Shown piece by piece: positions 38,740-49,110 of a stretch of 64,000 bases of DNA (positions are counted from its first letter, which is position 1; every line of letters starts with the position of its first letter). Below the pieces are notes generated by a model, which saw only the letters and a program-made list of their open reading frames with translations, made no database searches and was not told the origin of the DNA. Where the stretch lies: IMG/VR virus record IMGVR_UViG_3300020469_003050, positions 186,001 through 250,000 of that record; one strand, given 5' to 3'. A program made the position numbers and the translations under genes.

Positions 38740-40185
38740 ATGGCTGTAAATTATTCAACTATCGCAGAAAAAATAATGAGAATTATTCAAGGGAATGGTA
38801 TTCCTTTGAAAATGTTTAATTCTGATAATGGTAAAAGTGTTGCTAATCCAGAGGAAGCAAGATTTTTTTACATTGACGAACCAAACATGATGGTGTCTAT
38901 TGATGAGGGAACTAATGAAGTTAAACTTCATTTTGGTGAAGGCGTTGATATTGATAAACCAAAAGCAGAAAAATTAATGAATAGTTTAAGACAGTTATCA
39001 CGTGAGTACATGTTAGATTTTGACATGCGTTCATTTGGTAAACATATTGAACCTAAAAACTATGCTTATAAATTAGAAAATGATAAGGAGCAGACTATGA
39101 GTGACGTAATGAAAGAAGGCTTATCGCCTTTAGAAGGCTCATCACGTACCAGTCGCCAAACACTAGAAAATGTAAGACTAATCGTCAAACACCGTGCTCC
39201 AGTAAACGAGGAATCACGTGGATCACGTTCTCGTAATATTTCAGCAATCTTTGTTGAAAATGCTGAAGGTGAACGTTTCAAATATCCATATAAACATTTG
39301 AACGGCGCAAGAGCAATGGCGAGACATGTATCACATGGTGGTGTACCTAGCGACATGGTGGGCGAAGCGATTGTGGAACTTTCAACAAACTTAGCAAAAC
39401 TAAAAGAGTTTATGAATGTTGTTAACAAGCAATCACTAATCAACGAAAACAATCGTTCAGTTGTACTAAATGTAAAACGTAGAATGGAATCAATCAAAGA
39501 ATCTATCAAACGTGTACAAGGTGCAAAAGGATATACAAACTTTGTTGAAAAATTAGCAACAACAGAAGCAAAAGAAAATGCTGAAATCACAGAAGATACA
39601 GTAAACAAATATGTTTCTAAATTTACAAAAACAACTTTTGAAGAATCTTTAAGGGATGTTCTTCCGCTTATACATCGTGTAAACGAAGAAGAAATGGAAG
39701 ATAATCGTGCAGACCAAATCTCACGTGTTAGAGAAATCATTGTAGCAAAAGACAAGAAAACAGGTCAAAAGAAAAATAAAATTACTTTTCCTAAAGACCC
39801 TAATGCTGAATACAACTTTGATAAAATCAAAAAACAATATGCTGAACCTCGTAGTCCACAAGAAGCTGAGGAACAGAAGAAACTTATGTTAGCTTTATCA
39901 ATCGATGATTTAGCAGATAGAGTCGATGTTGATACTACAGATGATAACAAACGTAAAAATAAAGGTCACGATAGAGCGGCTGAATTGTCAATGTTCTTAA
40001 TGGATATGGCAAATGCGATTCGTTCAGGTCAAGGTCTTACAAAAGAAAAGATTCAAATGACTGGATACTTAAGAAAATTAGCGGCACAGAGTAACGAAGC
40101 AGTAGAAACTGTGGGTAAACCTGTGAATGAACAATTCGATTCAATGCTTTCAGAAGCATTCGCTAAGTTCGAAATACCAGCATAA
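38740..40185 (+). CDS. Late-expressed virion-associated protein
   Basis: 481 aa; GATAAATA at 38711-38718; SRNISAIFVENAEGERFKYP...GARAMARHV. Confidence 0.6.
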   Translation: MAVNYSTIAEKIMRIIQGNGIPLKMFNSDNGKSVANPEEARFFYIDEPNMMVSIDEGTNEVKLHFGEGVDIDKPKAEKLMNSLRQLSREYMLDFDMRSFGKHIEPKNYAYKLENDKEQTMSDVMKEGLSPLEGSSRTSRQTLENVRLIVKHRAPVNEESRGSRSRNISAIFVENAEGERFKYPYKHLNGARAMARHVSHGGVPSDMVGEAIVELSTNLAKLKEFMNVVNKQSLINENNRSVVLNVKRRMESIKESIKRVQGAKGYTNFVEKLATTEAKENAEITEDTVNKYVSKFTKTTFEESLRDVLPLIHRVNEEEMEDNRADQISRVREIIVAKDKKTGQKKNKITFPKDPNAEYNFDKIKKQYAEPRSPQEAEEQKKLMLALSIDDLADRVDVDTTDDNKRKNKGHDRAAELSMFLMDMANAIRSGQGLTKEKIQMTGYLRKLAAQSNEAVETVGKPVNEQFDSMLSEAFAKFEIPA

Positions 40186-40208
40186 CGTACCAAAAAACCA
40201 ATAAAATC

Positions 40209-40236
40209 AGGGATCCTTAGTGGGTCCCTTTTTTTT
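40209..40236 (+). terminator. Rho-independent terminator
   Basis: AGGGATCC-TTAGT-GGGTCCCT plus T-run. Confidence 0.8.
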
Positions 40237-40270
40237 GTGGAAAAAATTACAAAAAATACGTATTTAACGC

Positions 40271-40299
40271 TTGACTTTGACTCCAAAGATAAGTATAAT
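40271..40299 (+). promoter_or_regulatory. sigma70 promoter for the SSB/recombination operon
   Basis: TTGACT-17 nt-TATAAT. Confidence 0.7.
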
Positions 40300-40382
40300 T
40301 GTAAGCATGTTTAAAAGTAAACTGTTTACATTTAGGCTAATACAAACAAAAACTAATACAGGCTAATATAGGAGAATACAAT

Positions 40383-41399
40383 ATGGCTACACTAGCAGAA
40401 ATCCGTGCAAAACTTCTTGCACAAGATTCAAAATCGGCAGACAATGCCAACGCAAATAGAGGCACAGACGCCATCTATCCTTTCTGGAACATGGACACTG
40501 ATTCAACATCAGTAATTCGTTTTCTTCCAGACTCAGATAACTCAAATACTTTTTTCTGGCGTGAGCGACAAATCATCAAGATGCCTTTTCCAGGTGTCAA
40601 AGGGGGTGACGTGTCAAAACCAGTAACAGTTCAAGTTCCATGTATCGAAATGTGGGGTGATACTTGTCCAGTACACGCAGAAATTCGTCCTTGGTTCAAA
40701 GATCCAGCAATGGAAGACATTGGACGTAAGTATTGGAAGAAACGTTCATACATCTTTCAAGGATTTGTAGTAACGGATCCGATGAATGAAGAAACTCCAG
40801 AGAATCCAATTCGTAGATTCGTAATTGGGCCACAGATTTTCAAACTATTGAAATCGGCTCTTATGGATCCAGATATGGAAAATCTTCCAACTGACTATGA
40901 TGCAGGTACAGACTTCCGTCTTACTAAAACTCAAAAAGGTCAGTATGCAGACTACTCAACTTCAAATTGGGCACGTAAAGAACGTTCTCTAAATGAGGAA
41001 GAACGTCAGGCGATTGAAACTCATGGTCTTTATGACTTAAATGATTTCATGCCAAAGCGTCCTAATGAGGAAGAGCAACGTATCATTATGGAAATGTTTG
41101 AAGCATCAGTTGATGGGCATCTTTATGACCCAGAAAAATGGGGTTCTTTCTATAAACCATATGGATTGGATGTTGGTAATTCTAAGCCAGCTAATGCACA
41201 AACAACTGCACCAGCAGTTGAAGAAGCAAAGGCTCCGGTAGCACAAAATTCAACTCCAGCTGAAACACCGGCTCCTGCTCCAAAGGCAGTAGCAACTCCT
41301 CAACCAGCAATGGCAGAGGCGAGTGCACCAGCAAGTGGTGGTCAGGGAACTGACGCCGCTGATATCCTGAAAATGATTAGAAGTCGTAAGGCTGACTAA
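40383..41399 (+). CDS. gp32: Single-stranded DNA-binding protein (gp32-like)
   Basis: IRFLPD, CIEMWGDTCPV, RKYWKKRSY, GTDFRLTK, YADYSTS; Ala/Pro linker. Confidence 0.85.
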   Translation: MATLAEIRAKLLAQDSKSADNANANRGTDAIYPFWNMDTDSTSVIRFLPDSDNSNTFFWRERQIIKMPFPGVKGGDVSKPVTVQVPCIEMWGDTCPVHAEIRPWFKDPAMEDIGRKYWKKRSYIFQGFVVTDPMNEETPENPIRRFVIGPQIFKLLKSALMDPDMENLPTDYDAGTDFRLTKTQKGQYADYSTSNWARKERSLNEEERQAIETHGLYDLNDFMPKRPNEEEQRIIMEMFEASVDGHLYDPEKWGSFYKPYGLDVGNSKPANAQTTAPAVEEAKAPVAQNSTPAETPAPAPKAVATPQPAMAEASAPASGGQGTDAADILKMIRSRKAD

Positions 41400-41455
41400 T
41401 TGTTAACAAACGAGGGAGGCTTAGGTCTCCCTCATAATATCAAACGGAGAAGAAT

Positions 41456-42547
41456 ATGGCAAGAGCATTTGACGTAAGTAAATTCAGAAAAAGTATTACA
41501 AAAGCGGTACCAGGCGTAAGTGCTGGTTTTCGTGATCCTGATACTTGGATTTCAACAGGTAACTACTGTCTAAACAAGTTAATCAGTGGAGACTTTTATA
41601 AAGGTATTCCATTAGGAAAAGTAACAGTACTAGCAGGTGAAAGTGGTGCAGGTAAATCATATATCGCCGCAGGTAATGTTGTTAAAAACGCACAAGACCA
41701 AGGTATCTTTGTAGTTCTTATCGATAGTGAAAATGCACTAGATGAGAAATGGCTACATGCATTGCAAGTAGACACAAGTGAAGATAAATTATTAAAACTA
41801 AACGTAGCAATGATTGACGATGTTGCTAAAATTATTAATGACTTTATGAAAGATTATAAGGCAGAATATGCCGATAAAGACGAAGAAGAACGTCCTAAAG
41901 TGTTATTTGTTATTGATAGTTTAGGAATGATGTTAACACCAACAGATGTTGACCAGTTTCAAAAAGGTGATATGAAAGGTGACATGGGTCGTAAACCTAA
42001 AGCACTTGCATCATTAGTACGTAACTCAGTTAATATGTTTGGTGATTATAATGTTGGTCTAGTAGCAACAAATCATACATATGCATCACAAGATATGTTT
42101 GACCCTGATGATAAGATTTCAGGTGGTCAAGGTTTCATTTATGCTTCAAGTATTGTTGTAGCAATGAAGAAACTAAAACTAAAAGTAGATGCAGATGGTA
42201 ACAAAACATCACAAGTACATGGCATTAGAGCGGCATGTAAAGTGATGAAAACAAGATATGCAAAACCATTTGAAGGTGTACAGGTAGAAATTCCTTATGA
42301 AACAGGAATGAGTCCTTATAGTGGTTTAGTAGATTTCTTTGAAGCAAAAGGAATCTTAGTTAAGTCAGGCAATAAGTTGGCTTACACAACTAAGTCAGGT
42401 GAGATTATGTCAGAATTCAGAAAGAATTGGACAAATGAAAAACTTGAAGTAGTAATGAATGAATGGAATGATAGGAATTTTGATGATGAATCACATGAAC
42501 TTGAAGTTCCAGAAGATAATAACTTAGAAGTAAATGAGGAAGCATAA
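41456..42547 (+). CDS. uvsX: RecA-like recombinase
   Basis: AGESGAGKS Walker A, IDSENALD, VIDSLG, TNHTY, SGGQGFIYASS. Confidence 0.92.
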   Translation: MARAFDVSKFRKSITKAVPGVSAGFRDPDTWISTGNYCLNKLISGDFYKGIPLGKVTVLAGESGAGKSYIAAGNVVKNAQDQGIFVVLIDSENALDEKWLHALQVDTSEDKLLKLNVAMIDDVAKIINDFMKDYKAEYADKDEEERPKVLFVIDSLGMMLTPTDVDQFQKGDMKGDMGRKPKALASLVRNSVNMFGDYNVGLVATNHTYASQDMFDPDDKISGGQGFIYASSIVVAMKKLKLKVDADGNKTSQVHGIRAACKVMKTRYAKPFEGVQVEIPYETGMSPYSGLVDFFEAKGILVKSGNKLAYTTKSGEIMSEFRKNWTNEKLEVVMNEWNDRNFDDESHELEVPEDNNLEVNEEA

Positions 42548-42993
42548 TGGCTAAATATTTTTCGACCAAGTGCTATGGGCATAACATTGGACTAAGTGCA
42601 GTGTTTAGACAGCCTAACGCACACTCACATTGTAAATTGCTACACGGATATAGTTTATCTTTTAAATTCACATTTGGTTGTGATGAATTAGATGAACGTA
42701 ATTGGGTAGTTGATTTCGGTGGACTTAAACCTCTGAAAGCATGGCTTGAAGATACGTTTGACCACAAAGTTGTAATTGATGTAAATGATCCTAAGAAGAA
42801 TGATTTACTATTGTTAGAGAAACAAGGTCTCGCAAGTATTGTACAACTAGATGGTGTGGGGGTCGAAAAATTCTCAGAACACGCATGGCGTTTCGCTGAT
42901 AAACTTGTCAGAGATATGTCAGACAATCGTTGTTACTGTGTGAAAGCCGAATGTGCGGAACATGGTGCTAATTCAGCCATCTTTGAGGCTTAG
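42547..42993 (+). CDS. queD: 6-carboxy-tetrahydropterin synthase (PTPS/QueD)
   Basis: SHCKLLHGY, WVVDFGGLK...FDHK, C-terminal EHGANSA. Confidence 0.85.
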   Translation: MAKYFSTKCYGHNIGLSAVFRQPNAHSHCKLLHGYSLSFKFTFGCDELDERNWVVDFGGLKPLKAWLEDTFDHKVVIDVNDPKKNDLLLLEKQGLASIVQLDGVGVEKFSEHAWRFADKLVRDMSDNRCYCVKAECAEHGANSAIFEA

Positions 42994-42998
42994 GTCTA

Positions 42999-43223
42999 AT
43001 GGCGGCAGTTGAATTAGAAACAGTATTTGAGTTATGGGACAAAGTTAAAGGCTTTATTCCGGCGAAAGACAAATTAGAAGCGGCAGAAACATTTATTAAA
43101 GTATGTGATGATAGTGGTATCGAACAACATGAGATAGATGAATTTGCAGATGGTGACAAAATACTTGAGACGGCGGTAGACAGGTATTTTGATGAATGGG
43201 AAGACGAAGAGGAAGATTGGTAA
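42999..43223 (+). CDS. Small acidic hypothetical protein
   Basis: 74 aa, coupled to the next gene by a TAATG overlap. Confidence 0.6.
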   Translation: MAAVELETVFELWDKVKGFIPAKDKLEAAETFIKVCDDSGIEQHEIDEFADGDKILETAVDRYFDEWEDEEEDW

Positions 43224-43693
43224 TGGAAAATTGGTATAATAAGGTAGTTAAGGATTGGAGTAAAATTCCAGAAGCCGTTGACTATTTTACCAATGAAGTC
43301 GCAGAAGCAAGAAAAGAAGTTAAAATATATGGTAATGTAGAAAAGAATGCTACACATTTGCCGTCATATGTAGAATTGCGTTTTGCACAGTTACAAGAAC
43401 TAGAGGCTATCCTAGAACACTTAAATATACAACTTAGAAAGAAACGTAGTGAGTATCTAAGAAAATACTTAGAAAACTACAATAAAGCACTTAGTTCACG
43501 TGATGCAGAAAAGTATGCAGATGGTGAAACTGAGGTTGTAGCAATAAGCGAATTAATCAATCAAGTTGCATATACACGCAATCAATATTTGGGGATAACT
43601 AAAGGTTTTGAAATTAAACACTTTCAACTAACTAATATTATCAAATTACGAGTAGCAGGAATGGAAGATGCAGAAATAAACAACAGACATTAA
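43223..43693 (+). CDS. uvsY: Recombination mediator (UvsY-like)
   Basis: Start moved to ATG 43223; YLENYNKALSSRDAEKYADGE, FQLTNIIKLRVAG; near uvsX. Confidence 0.7.
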   Translation: MENWYNKVVKDWSKIPEAVDYFTNEVAEARKEVKIYGNVEKNATHLPSYVELRFAQLQELEAILEHLNIQLRKKRSEYLRKYLENYNKALSSRDAEKYADGETEVVAISELINQVAYTRNQYLGITKGFEIKHFQLTNIIKLRVAGMEDAEINNRH

Positions 43694-43739
43694 TGAACAG
43701 TGGGAATGTGTAAATACATTACCAGCAAGAGAGACAGAT

Positions 43740-46052
43740 ATGAGCGAAATACAAGTAATTAAAAGAGACGGCACTCCAGAGCCGCTAGACCTGGAAAAAA
43801 TGCACAAAGTTGTGATGTTTGCATGTGAAGACATTGCGGCGGTTAGTGCAAGTGAAGTAGAATTAAAATCACATATTCAATTTTATGATGGCATAAAAAG
43901 TGAAGAAGTACAAGAGACTTTAATTAAAGCGGCCGCAGACTTAATTTCAGAAGAAACACCAAATTATCAATGGGTTGCAGGCAATCTAGTGAATTATCAT
44001 TTGAGAAAAATGGTATATAACAGTTTCGACCCATGGCATATTAGAGATATTATCAAACTTAATACTAAAAATGGTTTTTATGATCCGGCATTACTTAGGG
44101 ATTACTCAAAAAAAGAATGGGATGAAATTAATAGTTTTATCAAACATGATAGAGATTTTAATATTGCATATGTTGGTATGGAACAATTTCGTGGAAAATA
44201 TTTAGTACAAAATCGTGTAACTGGTAAGCATTTTGAAACGCCACAAGTTGCATATGTTTTAATTGCCGCTTCATTATTTGGTAATTATCCTAAGGAAACA
44301 AGATTGAAATATGTCAAAGAGTACTATGATGCTATTAGTAGTTTTGATATATCTCTACCTACACCTGTCATGGCTGGCGTAAGAACACCACAAAGACAGT
44401 TTTCATCCTGTGTTTTGATTGAGACAGACGACTCACTTGATTCTATAAATGCTACCTCAAGTTCAGTAGTTAAGTATGTTTCTCAAAAAGCAGGAATTGG
44501 TATTGGTGCAGGTAGCATACGTGCTATCAATTCACCGATACGTAATGGTGATGCAAGTCATACAGGTGTTATTCCTTTTTATAAACTATTTCAAGCAAGT
44601 GTAAAATCATGTTCACAAGGTGGTGTACGTGGTGGAGCGGCTACTTTGTATTATCCTATTTGGCATTACGAAGTAGAAGACTTACTTGTTTTAAAAAATA
44701 ACAAAGGCACAGACGATAACAGAGTACGTCATATGGATTATGGTGTGCAATTTAATAAACTAATGTATGAACGTCTAATGACAGGTGGAAACGTTTCATT
44801 ATTTTCACCTAGTGATGTTCCTGGTTTATACGAAGCATTCTTCAATGACCAAGATAAGTTTAGAGAACTATACGAAAAAGCAGAACGTAATACAAGATTA
44901 CGTAAAAAATCTATTCCTGCAACTGAGTTATTTTCTTCATTTATGAATGAAAGAAAGAATACAGGTCGTATCTATTTGATGAACGTTGACCATGCAAATG
45001 ACCATAGTTCATTTGTAACAGAGAAAGCACCAATCAAACAATCTAACTTATGTTGTGAAATTAATTTACCTACTAAACCTTTGAAACATATGCATGATGA
45101 AGAAGGTGAGATTGCTCTTTGTACTCTTAGTGCTATTAATTGGGGTACTATTAGAACACCAGAAGAATTTGCTAAGCCTTGTGAATTAGCAGTACGTGGA
45201 TTAGATGCTCTATTAGATTATCAGAGATATCCTGTACTTGCGGCTGAAATTTCAACTAACAATAGAAGACCTCTTGGTGTTGGTATTATTAACTTTGCAT
45301 ATTGGTTAGCTAAGAATGATACAAACTATTCAAATCCAGATTTAAAACTAATAGATGAATGGGCAGAGGCTTGGTCATATTATCTTATTAAATCATCAAA
45401 TATCTTAGCACAAGAAAAAGGTGCATGTCCATTATCTAACGAGACAAAGTATGGTAACGGACTTTTACCAATAGATACATATAAACCTGAGGTTGATGAA
45501 TTAGTTAAAAGAAAATATACCCAAGATTGGACTTCACTAAGAAAAGATTTAAAAGAACATGGTATTCGTAATTCTACATTAATGGCTCTTATGCCAGCAG
45601 AGACATCTGCACAAATATCGAATTCAACTAATGGTATTGAACCACCAAGAAGTATGGTCAGTATCAAGCAATCAAAACATGGCGTTTTAAAGCAAGTTGT
45701 ACCCGGTATTCACAAGTTAAAGAATAAATATGAGTTACTATGGGAACAAGAATCTCCTGAAGGATATCTAAAAATTATGGCAGTATTACAGAAATATATC
45801 GACCAAGGTATATCTGTCAATACAAGCTATAATCCAATATTCTTTGAAGATGAAAAGATTCCTATGAGTATTATGTTGCAACATCTTATTATGTTTTACA
45901 AATATGGTGGAAAGCAACTTTACTATTTTAACACATTCGATGGACAAGGTGAAATCGATGTGAGCAAAGACATTCCAGAAGAATTAAAATCAAGGGATGA
46001 ATTTGATAGTGATTTAGAATATGAAGAATATTGTGATAGTTGTGCTATCTAA
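43740..46052 (+). CDS. nrdA: Class Ia ribonucleotide reductase alpha subunit
   Basis: ATP-cone VIKRDG, QFSSCVL, SNLCCEI, LMPAETSAQ, C-terminal CDSC; uninterrupted. Confidence 0.96.
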   Translation: MSEIQVIKRDGTPEPLDLEKMHKVVMFACEDIAAVSASEVELKSHIQFYDGIKSEEVQETLIKAAADLISEETPNYQWVAGNLVNYHLRKMVYNSFDPWHIRDIIKLNTKNGFYDPALLRDYSKKEWDEINSFIKHDRDFNIAYVGMEQFRGKYLVQNRVTGKHFETPQVAYVLIAASLFGNYPKETRLKYVKEYYDAISSFDISLPTPVMAGVRTPQRQFSSCVLIETDDSLDSINATSSSVVKYVSQKAGIGIGAGSIRAINSPIRNGDASHTGVIPFYKLFQASVKSCSQGGVRGGAATLYYPIWHYEVEDLLVLKNNKGTDDNRVRHMDYGVQFNKLMYERLMTGGNVSLFSPSDVPGLYEAFFNDQDKFRELYEKAERNTRLRKKSIPATELFSSFMNERKNTGRIYLMNVDHANDHSSFVTEKAPIKQSNLCCEINLPTKPLKHMHDEEGEIALCTLSAINWGTIRTPEEFAKPCELAVRGLDALLDYQRYPVLAAEISTNNRRPLGVGIINFAYWLAKNDTNYSNPDLKLIDEWAEAWSYYLIKSSNILAQEKGACPLSNETKYGNGLLPIDTYKPEVDELVKRKYTQDWTSLRKDLKEHGIRNSTLMALMPAETSAQISNSTNGIEPPRSMVSIKQSKHGVLKQVVPGIHKLKNKYELLWEQESPEGYLKIMAVLQKYIDQGISVNTSYNPIFFEDEKIPMSIMLQHLIMFYKYGGKQLYYFNTFDGQGEIDVSKDIPEELKSRDEFDSDLEYEEYCDSCAI

Positions 46053-46624
46053 TGAGAGATATAAACTCTGTATTAGCTAAGGGAACTATCGCAGAATATT
46101 ATTCATTTTTTAAGAGTGACGAGGAAAAAGTGGGATGGGTCTGTGTCAGACCAGATTATAATCCTGCAATACCTAATTTTGTGTGGTCTAAAACATGTAG
46201 ACAACATAAACACGACCAGAACATATGTAATATGTTTATGGATAGTAAGGAAGACTTTAGATACGTTGACCTTAAAATTAAAGGAGATAGGGAACACAAA
46301 GACTATGATGAATTTTTAGATAAACTAATTGAACGTATGAATAAAAATGCAATGCTTATTCATATATCTAGTTGGATTAGTGGTAAAGATACATCTACAA
46401 CCTTAAGTAGTAATGGATTATTTGAGTACGTTTTAAATAGAATATGTGATGAAGTAAACAATCACTTTATTTTAGAAATAACAGACAAAATGTCAAATAT
46501 AGACGAACCATCGGCTTTAGATTTTATTACAAAAAGGGTAAATACAATAGATAATTGTGTAACTGCATCTTATCAAAGAGAATTAATAAACGAAGATTTA
46601 ATTGATTATGTTAGAATCAAATGA
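46052..46624 (+). CDS. Hypothetical protein between nrdA and nrdB
   Basis: About 190 aa, TAATG overlap with the nrdA stop; no recognisable nuclease motif. Confidence 0.55.
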   Translation: MRDINSVLAKGTIAEYYSFFKSDEEKVGWVCVRPDYNPAIPNFVWSKTCRQHKHDQNICNMFMDSKEDFRYVDLKIKGDREHKDYDEFLDKLIERMNKNAMLIHISSWISGKDTSTTLSSNGLFEYVLNRICDEVNNHFILEITDKMSNIDEPSALDFITKRVNTIDNCVTASYQRELINEDLIDYVRIK

Positions 46625-46665
46625 CAAAGAAACAGAATAAGAAAGATAAGAAAGAGAGAAATAAA

Positions 46666-47796
46666 ATGTCAGTATTCAATTCCGACAATAGGGCAGACCA
46701 TACGAAAGCCTTAGCATTTTTAGACCCATCGGGTGGGGTAGCAATTCAACGTTATGATATGCTAAAGTATAAACAGTTTGATAAGTTAACAGACAAACAG
46801 TTAGGTTTCTTTTGGAGACCAGAAGAAGTGGACGTTCTTAAGGATGCGAATGACTTTAAAAATTTAACAGCCCACGAACAACATATTTTTACAAGTAATC
46901 TAAAGAGACAAATTCTTTTAGATTCTGTACAAGGTCGTGCACCAGTCGAGGCATTCTGTCCGATTGTATCTATTCCAGAACTAGAAGCATGGATTCAAAC
47001 TTGGACATTTTCAGAAACAATTCACTCACGTTCTTACACACATATTATTAGAAATGTGTATTCTGACCCATCAAAAATCTTTGATGAAATGATGGACATC
47101 AATGAGATTATGGATTGTGCAGATGATATTTCTAAAAACTATGATGAATTAATTGAAATGACAGGTTACTATAATTTACTAGGTGAAGGCACTCATACAG
47201 TAAATGGTAAAAAAGTAGCAATCAGTAAATACGAAATTAAAAAATCTCTATACAAAACTCTTATGAGTGTAAACATTTTAGAAGGTGTTCGTTTCTATGT
47301 TTCATTTGCTTGTAGTTGGGCGTTTGCTGAACTAAAAAGAATGGAAGGCAATGCAAAGATTATTAAACTTATTGCACGTGACGAAAACTTACACTTAGCA
47401 AGTACACAAACTCTACTAAAACTTCTACCAAAAGACGATCCAGATTACATAAAGATTGCAAAAGAAACAGAAGAAGAATGTATTAAGATGTTTGTAGATG
47501 CAGTAGAACAAGAAAAACAATGGGCTGAGTATCTATTTAAAGATGGTTCGATGATTGGTCTAAACGCAAAACTACTTGAAGATTATATTGAGTGGATTTG
47601 TTGTAAACGTATGACCGCAGTTGGACTAAAATGCCCATACAAAACATCACAAGCTAACCCATTACCGTGGACACAAAAATGGATTGCTGGTGCTGATGTA
47701 CAAGTTGCACCTCAAGAGACAGAGATTTCATCTTATGTTATTGGTGGTGTAAAACAAGACGTTGATAAAGAGACATTTGGCGGAATGACTCTATGA
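46666..47796 (+). CDS. nrdB: Class Ia ribonucleotide reductase beta subunit
   Basis: FFWRPEE, LLDSVQGR, ETIHSRSY, LEGVRFYVSF, RDENLH, VAPQETE; start set at ATG 46666. Confidence 0.96.
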   Translation: MSVFNSDNRADHTKALAFLDPSGGVAIQRYDMLKYKQFDKLTDKQLGFFWRPEEVDVLKDANDFKNLTAHEQHIFTSNLKRQILLDSVQGRAPVEAFCPIVSIPELEAWIQTWTFSETIHSRSYTHIIRNVYSDPSKIFDEMMDINEIMDCADDISKNYDELIEMTGYYNLLGEGTHTVNGKKVAISKYEIKKSLYKTLMSVNILEGVRFYVSFACSWAFAELKRMEGNAKIIKLIARDENLHLASTQTLLKLLPKDDPDYIKIAKETEEECIKMFVDAVEQEKQWAEYLFKDGSMIGLNAKLLEDYIEWICCKRMTAVGLKCPYKTSQANPLPWTQKWIAGADVQVAPQETEISSYVIGGVKQDVDKETFGGMTL

Positions 47797-48047
47797 TTGA
47801 CACAAATGCAATAGGTGATATTGTATACGATGTAGAAGACCATGTAGCGATAACACCGAAAACTGATGCTCATTATTGCTTAATACCAAAGGTTGTAGAA
47901 CAAAACGTTATCTTAAAACTACAAAAGATAATGATGGATATCGGCAATCATAATGTTGAAAACGATAACTGTCAGAGTTATGAAGTGACAATGAGATTTA
48001 TAAACAATCACCCTGTAGTGGAAATGTTTATTAACAAAGAGGACTAA
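47793..48047 (+). CDS. Hypothetical protein
   Basis: 84 aa, ATGA overlap with nrdB. Confidence 0.55.
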   Translation: MIDTNAIGDIVYDVEDHVAITPKTDAHYCLIPKVVEQNVILKLQKIMMDIGNHNVENDNCQSYEVTMRFINNHPVVEMFINKED

Positions 48048-48686
48048 ATGACTGAATTCACAGAAGAATGGATTAGACTTAATAATTTCAAATTTGCTAT
48101 GTCTAATGAAGTAGCAAGATTACCAGAAACTGAACTAGATAGAAAACTAATAGATAGACAATTACCACCATTTGTACAGGCTTCATATCCAGATAAGAAA
48201 GATATCAATATACTTGATATTGGCTGTAACGAAGGCTATGCTATGGAAAAATTTTCCGAGTTGGGATATACCAACGTTCAGGGAATTACTATTGAAAAAG
48301 AAGAATGGGATAAATGTAAAGCAAAAGACTTAAAAGTGCATCTTATGGATTATAACTTTAATCAAGTAATGAACAACTATTTTCATATTGTATGGATGCG
48401 ACAATCATTACAGTTTTCTCACATGCCTTTTTATACTATGTTAGAACTCAATAGAATGATGAAAATCAATGGTTGGGCTTACATAGAAGTACCACATTCA
48501 GCGAATCAACACAAATATTATGCTACATTGCATCCGGATAATTATAGATTGTTTATGATTCGTGCAGGTTTTGAAGTAGTACAATACGACTCATATGAAC
48601 TATCTTCTGGTGATGAAAAAGAAAATCATGTCTTTTTTGCGTTAAATAAAAGAAGAAACGTAACTTTACCTGACGCCACTGCTTAA
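48048..48686 (+). CDS. Class I SAM-dependent methyltransferase
   Basis: ILDIGCNEG motif I, VQGIT, ELNRMMKINGWAYIEVP. Confidence 0.8.
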   Translation: MTEFTEEWIRLNNFKFAMSNEVARLPETELDRKLIDRQLPPFVQASYPDKKDINILDIGCNEGYAMEKFSELGYTNVQGITIEKEEWDKCKAKDLKVHLMDYNFNQVMNNYFHIVWMRQSLQFSHMPFYTMLELNRMMKINGWAYIEVPHSANQHKYYATLHPDNYRLFMIRAGFEVVQYDSYELSSGDEKENHVFFALNKRRNVTLPDATA

Positions 48687-48728
48687 AAAGTCCAATATTT
48701 CTGCGGCTTTTTAATATATATTTTTTCC

Positions 48729-48757
48729 TTGACATACTATGCAACTTATGATATTCT
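48729..48757 (+). promoter_or_regulatory. sigma70 early promoter
   Basis: TTGACA-17 nt-TATTCT with TG extension. Confidence 0.6.
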
Positions 48758-48781
48758 ATATCCTAAGAAAAGGAGGTACTT

Positions 48782-49099
48782 ATGTTTAATTGGTTAAACG
48801 GTACAAGTACAAAAAAATCTTTTTCTAAATTAGAAAAAGGAGAAACGATGAAAACATCAAAACAAGACAGAATAATCAATGCACTAAAAGACGGAGAGGC
48901 ATTGACGGAAGCAACTATCAAAAATAGATATGGTGTTGCTAATCCGAGAGCAACTATCAGTGCTTTGAGAATGAAAGGTTACGCCGTATATGCTAACAAA
49001 AGCAAACACGGTAAAACTGTGTACAGACTCGGCGCTCCACTAAGAAGGGTTGTAGCCGCTGGTTACAGAGCCCTAGCAGACGAAAAAGTGTTTGGGTAA
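48782..49099 (+). CDS. Winged helix-turn-helix protein
   Basis: KQDRIINALKDGEALT...RYGVANPRATISALRMKGYAVY...YRLG; alternative start at 48848. Confidence 0.65.
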   Translation: MFNWLNGTSTKKSFSKLEKGETMKTSKQDRIINALKDGEALTEATIKNRYGVANPRATISALRMKGYAVYANKSKHGKTVYRLGAPLRRVVAAGYRALADEKVFG

Positions 49100-49110
49100 A
49101 ACATAACATA

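Noticed and set aside
37153-47796. Introns or inteins in terminase, uvsX, nrdA or nrdB
   Set aside because: All are continuous, of ordinary length, with no intein splice motifs seen.
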